From Malacoraja senta (taxonomy: Eukaryota): a DNA stretch of 64,000 nucleotides. Where the stretch lies: positions 142,786,001-142,850,000 of the forward strand of contig CM075977.1 of NCBI GenBank assembly GCA_038087875.1, written 5' to 3'. Each line of letters starts with the position of its first letter. The first letter of the stretch is position 1. Below are positions 1 through 13,019 of the stretch, one piece after another. The position numbers and the translations under genes were made by a program. Under the pieces are notes generated by a model. It did not search any database. It was not told where the DNA came from and worked only from the letters and a program-made list of their open reading frames with translations.

Positions 1-10
1 TTTAAAAAAA

Positions 11-143
11 TCAGTCTGAAGAAGGGTCTCGACCCGAAATGTCACCTCTTCCTTCGCTCCACAGAAACTGCCTCACCCGCTGAGTTTCTCCAGCATTTTT
101 GTCTACCTTCGATTTTTCCAGCATCTGCAGTTCTTCCTTAAAT
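11..143 (+). mobile_element. Penelope-like element terminal repeat with hammerhead-like core
   Basis: CTGAAGA-A-GGGT(CTCG)ACCC-GAAA at 16-39, followed by the terminal sequence that abuts the GIY-YIG Penelope at 22875. Confidence 0.75.
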
Positions 144-1288
144 TCTTTTTAAAAATCACTATTTTAATATAAAATTATATTAAATAGTAAACAACTCTGG
201 GAATCATCACTGGTCAAATTATTGAATGGGAAGATAGAAGGAACACCCACAGCCCAATGAAAATTTGACATTTTCTTTCATAGTATGCAATCCATCTACT
301 CAAAGAATTGTACATTGGTTTACAATTTCCCTTTCTGTGCAGAAAAGTTCATGAACCGCAGTTGCCAAAGTGTTTCAGAGCTTAATTCTGCTTCTAACGG
401 ATCCAATTCCTTATGACAGCTAAACACCAAAATGACAAGCCAAGTGTGGAATTATTATCATTAACTATTTGTGAATAAAATATTTTCTTACTGCATAATA
501 CATCACTGCATAATTGACAACTTTTCTTTTAATGGTAGCAATAATTGTAAATTACAGTTATTCATAGATTTAGTAAATGATTCCAACCATTATATTGTTG
601 AAATATGTTGTACCCAAATTTTAAGCATTTGAAATTTCCACAGGAATTTATAATGTCTGACCACTGTTCTAGAAGTTCCGAGTCATTTTGCCAAAATTAA
701 AGCTGAAGAAATGAAGAACAAAATTCAAGACACAACTCCTACTTTATAAATATTTTTTATGAAAGCTCGGTCCCTTTATTAGGAGATCAATTCACATTCT
801 ATTGCCTTACAAATTGAATGTGACCAGTAAGGTCATATAAATGGGTCAGTGCTTGGCAAGCAAGCATCTATCTTTCATCCACTTCAGTGCGGGCAAAGGA
901 AATCGGGTGAGGCCAGGTGCAGGATGGATCTAGCTCAGTGGATAGAGACGCAGCTGCAAGAGAGATAGGACCGGGGTAGGTTTGGGCATCTGCTAGGAGT
1001 TGTCTTTCACTTATGTTAGGTGGCATCATCACTAAGGCTATCATGTTCAACTGTTGGAGTATTTTAAGAGTTGGAAATCATATCTGTTGAAAGGCAGTAA
1101 TGGTTTGGGCATCTGACTGGTTGGTGGTGGATGTGTCAGATTTTGGATCAGTATTATATATGATACGGAGGAGCAGCAGTTCAATTTTAGTGGGAGGGCT
1201 GCGCAGTAAATTACCGAGTATGAAGATTTGTGCTGTATGATAGGGTTAATAAGAGAGAATGAATGAGTCTGAGGAAGGGATATTGGTA

Positions 1289-2222
1289 GGGGGTGGTGTG
1301 GCTGCAAGGGTGGCCGGTCCTCACCCTGTCATGGCGGGTGTCGAGGAGAGGCGTGTGCTTGTAGTGGTTCTGACTGAGCTTACACCCGCTCCGTCGGATT
1401 TGCTCATCAGGCCCAAGTTCCGGGATATTTCTCGGGCTCCGGCTCCACACAACTTGAGCCGCCTTTCCGAGATACCCAGCATGCCGTTTCGTGATGTGAA
1501 GAGACGCATACTGTACAGAATGCTTCTGCACATTCTGCACCTCCCTTGCCTTCGTCTTCCATCCGGACATGCCATGGTGGTCCGTGTTACCACCTGAAGG
1601 CGGGGGTGGTCCCCAGTGGAGATCTCTCTACAAGGGAGTCATCCCCCTTTACATTGGGGACCTGGGGTGGAGAGTGCTGCACAGAGCGGTGGCGTGTAAT
1701 AAACTTTTGAGTCGGTTCACGGGCTCGCCGGCAGCCTGTATTTTCTGCGGCGAGGAAGAGACCATGTTCCATGCATACATGGAGTGTGAGAGGTTCTGAA
1801 GGGGCTGCTCCTCAAGTTCTGGTTCCATTTTAGTCTTACGATCCTGGTGTTTGGAGACAAGCAGGGAGTGGGAAGAGCCAATCGAGGGGATGGGACCTCC
1901 CTGTCGGTTTGCTCCTGGGCCTGGCCAAGATGGCCATTTTCAGGTCCAGGCAGCGGGCGGTCGATGGTCACACCAGAGTCGGTTGCCTGCCCCTCTTCCG
2001 GCCCATGTCCGTGCTCGCGTGTTCCTGGAGAGGGAGTACGCGGTGTCCATGGGGACTCTGGAGGCCTTCCGTGAACGCTGGTTGTCGTGTGGGGTCGAGA
2101 ACATTGTAAATAATGACTATACCATTGTACTGTAATGATTGCTTGATGTATTGTAACCTTTGAATGTACTTTTGATATGGTGTATTATGCATTTTGCTGA
2201 ATAAAGTCCTTGGGGGGGAACA
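1289..2222 (+). mobile_element. 5'-truncated L1-clade (Tx1-like) LINE, ORF2 C-terminus plus 3' UTR
   Basis: zf-RVT-type motif WRVLHRAV..CIFCGEEETMFHAYMEC, frameshifted. AATAAA near 2200. Exact 14-bp TSD AAGGGATATTGGTA at 1275-1288 and 2223-2236. Confidence 0.85.
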
Positions 2223-3001
2223 AAGGGATATTGGTAATGAATTTGAAAGGTTGAAGAATCTTTTTACAAAAGTGGATAAGTGGATAAAGAAAATTATAGA
2301 ATGAACAAAAGTGTTGAATGAGGGTGGGATGAAATGTGTAGCAGATGAGCTCTGTGAAACATTTAAGATCAGATAAAGCCTATATAAATGGAAAATATAC
2401 AACAGTGATAACAACAGAGTAAATTGATTGTAAAGGAAGCCTCAATCTTAATGAAGAATAAAGTCCTATTCAGGCAAAATAAACTTTAACTCTACCATTT
2501 ATTTTAATATACTAGCGTATCAGTAGTCCTGTAAACACGATATGAAGAATTGTTGCCCATGCATAAATAGATAATTTGGAATCATTTTCAATATATTTCT
2601 CTATCTTTTCAATGCACTGGAGCAGAACAGGTTAAGAGATTTTATAGAGCAATTCAAATTCATAAAGAGGAAAACACCCTCAGTGGCAATAAGAGTCAGT
2701 AATTAAGTGATTAAGAAACAATATAAATAAACTTATTTTACAAGTTGTTGTCATTTATATTTGCAGGAGTTTAGGATAAATACGTGAAGGAAAAAATAAG
2801 GAAGTAAGATTAACTGGACAATTTTCCCAAAGAGACGAGACAGGCATATTGCCTTTCTTGATGCTATATCATTCTGTGATATGTTACTGGTTTAAAATAA
2901 TTTGACAGCATTCTATGGTATATTGGCCTCTATATGTCAGTGTCTGCAACAGTGAAAAAGAAACAGATGAAATCATGAAAATTGTCTGCTTGTACGAATC
3001 A

Positions 3002-3303
3002 GTGACGCAACGGCAGAGTTGCTGTCTTACGGTGCTTGTAGCGCCGGAGACCTGGGTTCGATCCCGACTACAGATGCTGTCTGCACGGAGTTTGTACATT
3101 CTCCCCATGACCGCGCGGGTTTTCTCCAAGATCTTCGGTTTCCTCACACACTTGAAAGACGTACAGGTTTGTGGGTTAAGTGGCTTGATAAAATGTAAAT
3201 TGTCCCTAGTGTGTGTAGAGTAGCGTTAATGTGCGGGAATGCTGGTCGGCGCAAACTCGGTGGGCCGAAGGGCCTGTTTCCGCGTTGCATCTCCAACTAA
3301 CTA
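3002..3303 (+). mobile_element. tRNA-derived V-SINE (HE1-like)
   Basis: B box GGTTCGATCCC, V-domain core (gtttgtacattctcccc..cggtttcctc), CR1-like tail gggccgaagggcctgtttcc. Confidence 0.85.
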
Positions 3304-3954
3304 GAAGGGAATTTTAAACAATGTGCAGTGGTGTCACAATTAGAGTACAATTCCTTCACGGTACATCATTCATTCACAAATTACACGCTTTTAATTCTGA
3401 TCAAAGCACAATGTGAATTCTAATATAGACACTGCAAATATGATGAGCCTGTTAAAATATAAATCCGCAAGTTTACGGACTTTTTCCTCAAAATCAAATC
3501 CATCACTTAATCAAAAAGATCATGCAGTCTGTCATTTATAAATGAAGGAGGATGTTACCAATTCCCCAGACTATAACCTTGGGCCCCTGTTTCAACAATC
3601 GATTACGAACAATCCTGGAACAATGGTTTACCATCCTCAAGTGGATGCTTCTTCTTGTCCGAATCTTTAGAAAATCTTTCACCATGCTCTCTTGTTTTCT
3701 ATCAGTCCTACAAAAGGCCTTCGTTGTGGTATTTCCATGGTTATATCAGTGAATTCTCAACCGTGGAACATAACAGACTTCAGGACACTGACTAAATGCC
3801 ATCTGCATGAGAGGATTTAAGAATATAGCCACGAGGGAAATTATGGCTAAAATTACAGTTATTTACAAATCACGTGCTAGAATAAGTTATGATACTGTGC
3901 CAAAGAGATTTATGGCCTAGAAATACTGCTACATTTTATCTAAAATGAACATCA

Positions 3955-4600
3955 AAGAATCATACAGCACGGAAACAGGTCTTTCTGCCAAACTCATCCA
4001 TGCTGATTGTGATACCTATTAACACTAATCCCATTTGCCTACATTAAGCCCGTATGCTTCTACTCCTTTCCAATCCAAGAGCCTGTCCAAATTCCTTTTA
4101 AATGTTGTTATCGTATTTGCTGCTACCTCTTGCTCTGGCAGCTCAATTTGCCCTGTGTGTGATGTCTTCAGGTCATGCCATGATTACTAGCCTATACAAA
4201 CATCTATATCACCATTTTCGAGGAGCTATGAACTTGCACCCCAAGGTTCTCTTGTACATGGCCCTTGCCATTTTCTCTGCATGAACTATTAGTATTTGAC
4301 ATCCCAAAATGCATTACCTCACACTTGTCTGGTTAAATTCCATTTGGCACTATTCCACCCAACTTTCCAACTGATTTGTGTGCCTCTGTATCTTATCTGT
4401 TCATTGCTGTCTACAACTATACCAATTCTTGTGTCATGAAATTTACTATTTACTATTCTGTTCACCTACATTCTCATCCAAGTCATATGACAAACAACAA
4501 TGGTTCACACACTAATCCCTAGTACAGCACTGGGTACCACTGGGTACGATCTTCCAGTCAGAAAACACCCCTACCATCTGTTCCTTATCACAAAGTCAAC
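3955..4600 (-). mobile_element. Old degraded CR1 LINE 3' fragment
   Basis: 3' tail similarity (catacagcacggaaacagg) and decayed RT C-terminal sequence. Confidence 0.55.
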
Positions 4601-5818
4601 TTATAGACAATAGACAATAGGTGGAGTAGGCCAATCGTCCCCTCGAGCCAGCACAGCCATTAAATGTGATCATGGCTGATCATCCACAATCAGTAATCCA
4701 TTCCTGCCTTCTCCCCATATCCCTTGACTCCGCTATCTTTAAGAGCTGTGTCTAGCTCTCTCTTGAAAGCATCCAGAGAACCAGCCTCCATCGCCCTCTG
4801 AGGCAGAGAATTCCACAGACTCACAACTCTCTGTGAAAAAGTTTTTACTCATCTCCGTTCTAAATGGCTTACCCCTTATTCATAAACTGCGGCCTCTAGT
4901 TCTGGATTCCCCAACATCGGGAACATGTTTCCTGCATCTAGCGCATCCAAACCCTTAATAATCTTATATGTTGCAATAAGATGCCCTCTCATCCCTCAAA
5001 ATTCCCAAGTATACAAGCCCAGCCACTCCATTCTATCAACATATGACAGTCCCACCATCCCGGGAATTAACCTGGTGAACCTACGCTGCACTCCCTCAAA
5101 AGCAAGAATGTCCTTCCTCAAATTGGGAGACCAAAAATGCACACAATACTCCAGGTGTACTCTCACCAGGGCCCTGTACAATTGCAGAAGGTCCTCTTTG
5201 CTCATATACTCAACTCCTCGTGTTATGAAGGCCAACATGCCATTTGCTTTCTTCACTGCCTGCTGTACCTGCATGCTTACTTTCAATGACTGATGAACAA
5301 GGACCCCCAGATTCCATTATACTTCCCCTTTTTCCAACTTGACTACATTTAGATAATAATCTGCCTTCCTGTTTTTGCCAACAAAGTGGATAACCTCACA
5401 TTTATCCACATTAAACTGCATCTGCCATGCATCTGCCCACTCACCCAAACTGTCCAGGTCACCCTGCATCCTCATAGCATCCTCTTCACCATTCACACTG
5501 CCACCAGGCTTTGTGTCATCTGCAAATTTGCTAATGTTACTTTTAATCCCTTCATCTAAATAATTAATGTATATTGTAAATAGCTGCGGTCCCACCACCG
5601 AGCTTTACGGTACCCCACTTCTCACTGCCTGCCATTCTGAAAGGGACCCGTTAATCCCTACTCTTTGATTCCTGTCCGCCAACCAATTTTCTATCCATGT
5701 CAGCACCCTTCCCCCAATACCATGTGCTCTAATTTTGCCCACAAATCTCCCATGTGGGACCTTATCAAATGCTTTTTGAAAGTCCAGGTACAGTACATCT
5801 ACTGGCTCTCCCTTGTCC

Positions 5819-6312
5819 TGACAGACAGGAAGCTGCATGTGAGGCTGGGAAAGCACATCTTGGATCCGCAAAACCTCATCGTAGGAGCACCTCAAGGCTG
5901 CGTACTCTCCCCTCTCCTCTACTCTCTCTACACCAATGACTGCACCTCCACTGTCAAGCTTCTCAAGTTTGCGGACGATACAACCCTGATTGGACTGATC
6001 CAGGATGGGGAAGAATCACTTCCCTCTGGAAGGCGACTCCGGACTGTCAAAGCTACCACACCCAGACATAAAAACAGCTTTTTTCCACGAGTAGTAGCTG
6101 TACTCAATAACCAAAAATCTGTAGCCTCCTTTTGCTCTGGTATTTTATTTAATTCACATATTTAATCAATAATGTTTTATTATTAATGTTTAATGTTTTA
6201 TGTGCCATTCCTAACTGTCACTGTATGTCATGTTGTCACTTGCGGGCGGAGCACCAAGGCAAATTCCTTGTATGTGAATACTTGGCCAATAAACTTCATT
6301 CATTCATTCATT
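5819..6312 (+). mobile_element. Rex1/Babar-type LINE fragment, internally deleted, nested in CR1
   Basis: GAPQGCVLSPLLYSLYTNDC..KFADDTT fused to LPSGRR..KNSFFP; (CATT)n tail. The CR1 sequence rejoins across it (cttgtcc|atttcc). Confidence 0.85.
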
Positions 6313-7686
6313 TCCAAGTTACATCCTCAAAAAATTCCAGAAGATTAGTCAAGCATGATTTCCCCTTCGTAAATCCATGCTGACTCGGACCGATCCTGTT
6401 ACTGCTATCCAAATGTGCCGCTATTTCATCTTATATAATTGACTCCAGCATCTTCCCCACCACCGATGTCAGGCTAACTTGTCTACATTTCCATGTTTTC
6501 TCTCTCCTGCCTTTCTTAAAAATTAGGATAACATTAGCTACCCTCCAATCCACATGAACCAATTCAGAATCTATAGAACATTGGAAAATTATCACCAATG
6601 CGTCTACAATTTCTAGAGCCACGTCCTTCAGTACCCTGGGATGCAGACCATCAGGCGCTGGGGATTTATCTGCCTTCAGTCCCATCAGTCTACCCAACAC
6701 CATTTCTTGTCTAATGTAATTCCTTCAGTTCCTCCATCACCCCAGATCCTCTGGCCACTAGTACATCAGGGAGATTGTTTGCGACCTCCTTAGTGAAGAC
6801 GGATCCAAAGTACCTGTTCAACTCGTCTGCCATTTCCTTGTTCCCCATAATAAATTCACCTTTTTCAGTCTTCAAGGGTCCAACTTTGGTCTTAACATTT
6901 CCTATTCACATACCTAAAGAAGCTTTTACTATCCTCCTTTATATTCTTGGCTAGCTTACCTTCGTACCCCATCTTTTCTCCCCGTATTGCCTTTTTAGTT
7001 ACCTTCTGATGCTCTTTAAAAGTTGCCCAATCCTCTGGCTTCCCACACATCTTTTCTATGTTATACATCTTCTCCTTTGTTTTTATACTGTCCCTGACTT
7101 CCCTTGTCAGCCATGGTCGCCCCTTACTCCCCTTGGAATCTTTCTTCCTCTTTGGAAAGAACTGATCCTGCACCTTCTGTATTGTTCCCAGAAATACCTG
7201 CCATTGTTGCTCCACTGTCATCCCTGCTAGGGTCTTTACAGTCAACTTTGGCCAGCTCCTCCCTCTTGGCTCCATAGTCCCCTTTGTTCAACTGTAATAC
7301 TGACACCTCCGATTTACCCTTCTGCCTCTCAAATTGTAGATTAAAACTTATCATATTATGGTCACAACCTCCTAATGACTCATTTACCTCGAGTTCCCTT
7401 ATCAAATATGGTTCATTACATAACACTAAATCCAGAATTGCCTTCTCCCTGGTAGGCTCCAATACAAGCTGCTCTAAGAATCCATCGTGGAGGCACTCCA
7501 CAAACTCTCTTTCTTGGGGTCCAGTACCAACCTGATTTTCCCAGTCTACCTGCATGTTGAAATCTCCCATAACAACCGTAGCATTACATTTACGACATGC
7601 CAATTTTAACTCTTGATTCAACTTGCACCCCATATCCAGGCTACTGTTTGGGGCCTGTAGATGAATCCCATTAGGGTCTTTTAGTT

Positions 7687-7864
7687 TTTAAGAAGGAACT
7701 GCAGATGCTGGAAAATCGAAGGTACACAAAAATGCTGGAGAAACTCAGCGGGTGCAGCAGCATCTATGGAGCGAAGGAAATAGGCAACGTTTCGGGCCGA
7801 AACCCTTCTTCAGACTGATAGATGCTGCTCCACCCGCTGAGTTTCTCCAGCATTTTTGTGTACC
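7687..7864 (-). mobile_element. Fold-back Penelope terminal mini-insertion with hammerhead-like core
   Basis: Terminal repeat followed by a partial inverted copy. 15-bp TSD TAGGGTCTTTTAGTT at 7672-7686 and 7865-7879. Confidence 0.85.
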
Positions 7865-8570
7865 TAGGGTCTTTTAGTTCCTTAGTTCTATCCATACTGA
7901 CTCTACATCTCCTGTTTCAATGTCACCCCTTGCAAGGGACTGAATTTCATTCCTCACCAACAAAGCTACCCCACCCCCTCCGCCCACCTGTCTGTCTTTT
8001 CGATAGGACGTATACCCTTGAATATTCAGTTCCCAGCCCTGGCCCTCTTGCAGCCATGTCTCTGTAATTCCCACAACATCATACTTGCCAATTTCTAACT
8101 GAGCCTCAAGCTCGTCCACTTTATTTCTTATACCGCGCATTCATATACAATATACAATATTTGGATTCAGTCTGCCAGCACACTTTTATCCTATTTGCCT
8201 TAATCCTCTGTATCAGCCAATTGTGCTGGATTTTGCCAAAACCCATGTAAACCACATCCACCACTCTGCTTTATCCAATTTCCATACATAGGTGCCTCCT
8301 CAAAAACATAATCAGATCTATGAGACTGCATTTCCGCAGCACAACCATGCTGACTCCTCCTAGTCATTCCCACCTCGTTGTCCTCTTTGAGTATTGCCAT
8401 AATGCTCTCGCTGATCAGCAGTGCAACACGCCTCTCCTTTTCTTTCCCCCTCTGTCATGTCAGAAACTTCCATATGCTGGAACATTGAGCAGCCTGCCCT
8501 TCCCTCATCCATAGTTCTTAGATATCAACAATATCATGTTCCGATTCATGTTCTCCTCTCACCTGTCTTA

Positions 8571-8655
8571 CGTCCTGGCCCGAAACATCACTTATCCATA
8601 CTCCCCAGAGATGCTGCCTGACCTGCTGAGTTACTCTGGCACTTTGTGTCATTTT
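8571..8655 (+). mobile_element. Penelope terminal fragment (partial)
   Basis: ggcccgaaacatcac..agagatgctgcctgacctgctgagttactc matches the other copies. Confidence 0.65.
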
Positions 8656-9471
8656 TCATTAAAATAAATTCACAACCTTTTCCCAGGTGTTACAACACCC
8701 TTCCTTTTGGCCTGCTGTGGCAGAATAAACATGGCCTGATAGGGAAGGGACCAACAATGATAGATTAACCAGATGCATGCATGGGAAATGAGGCATCAGT
8801 AGCCTTTCCTGCCTGAATGTTCAACATTTTCTATGGTCAGATGTCATATATAAGCCAGACAGATAAAGTACATGGCAGCCCATTCACATTTAGAACTTGG
8901 AAATTGATTGGAAATCATTGTGTAACAATGAATTCCAGATATCCCAATATTCCAACTTGTTTCAATCAAGTTTCACAATATTGTTTTGGGAGCACAGCAG
9001 AGAGTGGAACTAAGATCCTGGAAATTAAAGAAATAAATGTGCTGCTGCCACATAAGCTAGTATAGTTGCATGTCGCCATGCAGGTCAACAAAAGGAGAAA
9101 TGTGCATGTAACTGTTTACTGGGAGTGTTTCCATGGACAAACTCATCAAGAGATGGTGAGTACACCATCCACCTATATTTCTATCATGTAATTCATGCTA
9201 TCCACATCCTTGCCTTGTAAAGCCTCTCAACCTTGTACTTACCCTTGGCTATCCATGCAGCCCTTACATCCCAAGCTATCAAATTTCTACTCACTCCAAA
9301 TCTTATCCAGCCCATCCCTGATAGTTGCCTGCAGTAATGTTTCCATCTTTCAGATAAACACATGAAGCACAGACCCTCATAGTTCTGTTCTTTCTCCTTT
9401 CAGCTAGGGTATTGTAAACAAACCTTTTCCAAAAACCAGCAGGTGAGAAAACAGTTGTGAATACAGCAAAC

Positions 9472-9563
9472 TTAGACACAAAATGCTGGAGTAACTCAGT
9501 GGACAGACAGCATCTCTGGAGAGAAGGAATGGGTGATGTTTTGGGTCGAGACCCTTCTTCAAA
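9472..9563 (-). mobile_element. Penelope terminal fragment, hammerhead-like core mutated
   Basis: gacacaaaatgctggagtaactcag..gggtcgagacccttcttca. Confidence 0.7.
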
Positions 9564-10950
9564 CTCTAACTGAATAAAGCAAGGTTATTCCCTGCATTCT
9601 TCAACTACCACTATTTTCATAATTTATATTGACTAATTTCAGGAAGTCCAAGAAACTTGTGAATGAACTGCTAAGTTTCATTATCATTCCAACTGAGTAA
9701 TACAAACTGGCAATATAGTGTGGAAACAATCCCTTCGGCCAAATTAAGGGACAGAAGTTTAGGGGGAACTTCTTTACTCAGAGAGTGGTAGCTGTGTGGG
9801 ATGAGCTTCCAGTGGAAGTGGTGGAGGCAGGTTCGATTTTATCCTTTAAAAATAGATTGGATGGGTATATGGACGGGAAAGGAATGGAGGGTTATGGTCT
9901 GAGTGCAGGTAGATGGGACTAGGGGGAAGTAAAAAAAACAACAAAAAAGTGTTCGGCACGGACTTGAAGGGCCGAGATGGCCTGTTTCCGTGCTGTTATG
10001 GTTATATGGTAACATGTCACAGCTACACTCGTCCCACCTGTCAGCATTTGGTCCATATCCCTCCAAACCTGTCCTATCTATGTGCCTGTCTGTTTCTTAA
10101 ATGCTGGGATAGTCCCTGCCCCAACTACCTCATCTGGCAGCTTGTTCTATACATCCTCCACCCTTTGTGTGAAAAGGTTACCCCTCAGATTCCTATTCAA
10201 TCTTTTCCCCTTCACCTGAAACCTATGTCGTCTGGTCGTCGATTCATCAACTCTAGGCAGGAAACTGTGCATCTACCCGATCTATTCCTCTCATGATCTG
10301 ATACATCTCTCTCCTATCACCCCTCATCCTCCTGCGCTCCAAGGAATAGAGTCCCAGCCTACTCAGCCTCTGCCTATAGCTCAGACCCTCTAGTCCTGGC
10401 AACATCCTCGTAAATCTTCTCTGTACACTTTCCAGCTTGACAACACCTTTCTTATAACACAGTGCCCAGAACTGAACACAATACTTAGCGTTGTTACAAA
10501 ACTTACCATCAGTGGCGCTCCAGATCTGCCTGCTGCCTGTGCGTGTGATTCTGAAGGCGGCGGGGGGGGGGGGGGGGGCGGCGGGATTAAAATGCAGGTT
10601 TGTATTGGTGGTCGGAGTGGGATTTCCTCGGGCTGCTAGCTGATGAAGAAAAATCGTTTGCGCTTACGTTCCCATTTTAAATATATATATTTGCTGGACG
10701 ATTGCATCACTGGATTGAAGTTAAACACGACTTCTAATGCCTTCAATGCCTTCAACATCATGCATCGCAATTGCAGGTCAAAACAAAAGGTTTGTCGTTT
10801 ATTTAACATATTATCTTGCTTTTTGGTGTGGCTTCATTTTAATATTATGATGCGAAAAAATGTAATTTAGGCCCCCATACGAATCGGCCCTGTCTTGCCT
10901 GCCAATATCGGGGCTTAAATCATGGCAGCGGCCACATTCCAATCAATCAC

Positions 10951-11158
10951 AATCCAGAAACATCCACTCTCAAGATAATCAAATTCATTATTTGTTTGCA
11001 CAATCATGTCATAAGAACATCTAAATCATCTATATTTTGTGTTATTGTCTACCCATGATCAATATTTTCATACTAAATATCCACAGTACAGTTTTAGTCA
11101 GATGTATTGTGCAAAAAATTATGATTTTGATTATCTTGAGAGTGGATGTTTCTGGATT
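10951..11158. repeat. Internal inverted repeat (33-bp perfect arms, ~54 bp imperfect)
   Basis: AATCCAGAAACATCCACTCTCAAGATAATCAAA and its reverse complement ending at 11158. Confidence 0.9.
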
Positions 11159-11529
11159 AATTTATGGGAATTAAACATTAAATTCCTTCCATTTGACATA
11201 TAAATTCATGACAAAGTGAGATTTAAAAATCATGTTATATTGTGAATTCTTGTGTGAATGGGATCAGTTTGTTATTTGTTATTTGGATACTTAGGCTATT
11301 TAAATTTTTTTGCCTTTTCTTAAGAAATGGATAGATGTTTAGATCTAGTAATTGAATTTAGATGAATTTAATTGATTTGATGAAACTGATGAATATGAAT
11401 TTTTTGTTGGGTATTTACTATGTTTTAGCATTTAACTTTATCATTTCTACCTTTTTTCTAAAACTGCAAATAATAACTTAATTCTGTTAATGCTGTTCAG
11501 TATTTTTTTTTTCTTTACATTTTAAACAG

Positions 11530-11872
11530 ATGTCGCCGAAGAAGAAATGCAAAATTGTCAATCCAAATGCCCAGCAAAAGAGACTGATTTAGACAGCATT
11601 CGCAGAGATTATCCAGATTTGGACTACTCCAAATGTGATGATCTACAGGACATTCTTAATGGGAAAGTAGTGGGCAGAAAGGCATGTCATGCGTGGTTTG
11701 AAGAGAAAAAATTGTAGTTTACAATGCCAAAATTTAAAAGTTGAGGAAAAACAAGGTGTACAGAGTTGCTTATTGGTTACAATCTGTGGAGTATGATGAT
11801 GCTACTGATAATGATATGCCAATGTACCAGCTAGCAACTGATCTTCTCCATAAAGACTTGGTCTTTTGCTAG
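11530..11872 (+). pseudogene. Decayed terminal exon inside the transposon encoding a Spin/Ssty (Spindlin-like Tudor) domain
   Basis: Polypyrimidine tract plus cag acceptor at 11529. Reads ..LQDILNGKVVGRKACHAWFEEK / IVVYNAKI*KLRKNKVYRVAYW..MPMYQLATDLLHKDLVFC*, with one frameshift and one internal stop. Domain call is by eye. Confidence 0.6.
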
Positions 11873-13019
11873 AAATTGTAATTTCTTTACCTGTCTGTTA
11901 CAGACTTACAGCATATAATACAATAACATTCAAGTTGTGATCTTGAGAATATCACATTTTTGAATTTTCAAGGCAGTCTGGGTGTTTGTTACTATTTCCG
12001 TCACAACGGCCAATTTTGTAATTAGCTACAATTAGGTAATTAACTAATTATACGCATTAATTTCAGGTCATCCAAGTAAGATGTTTCATATTTGTTTCAG
12101 GATGCTTCAATCTATAATAATTGAACATTTCATTCAGTTCTCTTAATTTTTAGGAAAGTTATGGGCTTTTATCTCAATTGACTGTCCTCGATCACAGCTT
12201 TTGTGTTAAGTCAATGGAAAAGCAATAGGGAACAAGATGCTAATTTCGGAGTATGAAAATTACCATAACTTTTTTAATACTGAAGATATGAAAGTGAATT
12301 AGATATCAAATTAAAGTTCTTTTTATGCTTTGTCTGATGGGATAAATTACAGGCTTGATTTTTAAAATCTCAAAATTTTGTAACATTTCTACAATACTCT
12401 AAATGTGGCCTCACCAATGTTTTATACAACTGCAACATGGCCACCAAACTTCTATACTCAAGACTCTGGCTGATGAAAGCCAATGTGTCAAAAGCCTTAT
12501 TAATTACCTGATCTACCTGCGACTCTACCTTCAGGGAACTATGCACCTGCACTCCTCGATCACTGCTCTACAACACCATCCAGAGACCTACCATTCACTG
12601 TGTAGATCCTGCCCATGTTAGACTTCCCAAAATGCCACACCTCAATTTTTTCTGCGTTAAATTACATCAATCATTCCACAGCCCACGGCCAATTGAGCAA
12701 TCTAATACCCTTGAGCATAATACTGCCCAATTAAACAGGAAATTGGCAAGTTGAACGCAATTACATTTTGCCCATTTAACTTTCCATCTGTATCCAGCCC
12801 ATGTGTTCCAGCTGGTTAAAATTCTGTCCCTTGTCACTGAAATGAGAACATTTAGAAGCATGCAAGGGTAAAGCACTTGGATATTATATGTCATTATGCT
12901 TGAAAATTATATTGCAGTAACAGAACTTATCACAGAAATTCATCGTGATGGGTAATGAATCACAGAAATTCATCGTGATGGGTAGTGATTGGCTCTTTAT
13001 GAACAGCTGCACAAGTTGG

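Larger units (their letters stand above)
4603..8160 (-). mobile_element. CR1 LINE ORF2 (APE endonuclease + RT), disrupted, with nested insertions
   Basis: ORF fragments GITETW, MGDFN, LDLV, YLDFQKAFDKVPH, KFADD, HLEYCVHFW; (CTATTGT)n tail at 4603-4620. Confidence 0.95.
10486..12391 (+). mobile_element. Non-autonomous DNA transposon with TAG...CTA termini and 7-bp TSD (hATw-like)
   Basis: Left end TAGCGTTGTTACAAAA; right end reverse-complement TAGAAATGTTACAAAA. TSD CAATACT at 10479-10485 and 12392-12398. The hATw assignment is inferred from YAG ends plus the 7-bp TSD. Confidence 0.8.
9712..12700 (-). mobile_element. CR1 3' fragment split by a plus-strand CR1 3' piece (~9745-10010) and by the DNA transposon at 10486-12391
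   Basis: The LYKTLVRPHLEYC frame (12370-12552) continues at 10485 across the insertion. Confidence 0.75.

Noticed and set aside
3002-3075. tRNA gene (also at 55036 and 63243)
   Set aside because: tRNA-like head continues into a V-domain and LINE tail, so these are SINEs.
3552-3805. Candidate terminal FRMD3 exon (minus-strand acceptor near 3803)
   Set aside because: The required frame stops after a few codons and has no similarity to the expected acidic/transmembrane tail.
12929-12988. Short local tandem duplications (also 28649-28710 and 48839-48884)
   Set aside because: Two-copy 22-31-bp slippage or repair duplications with no further structure.
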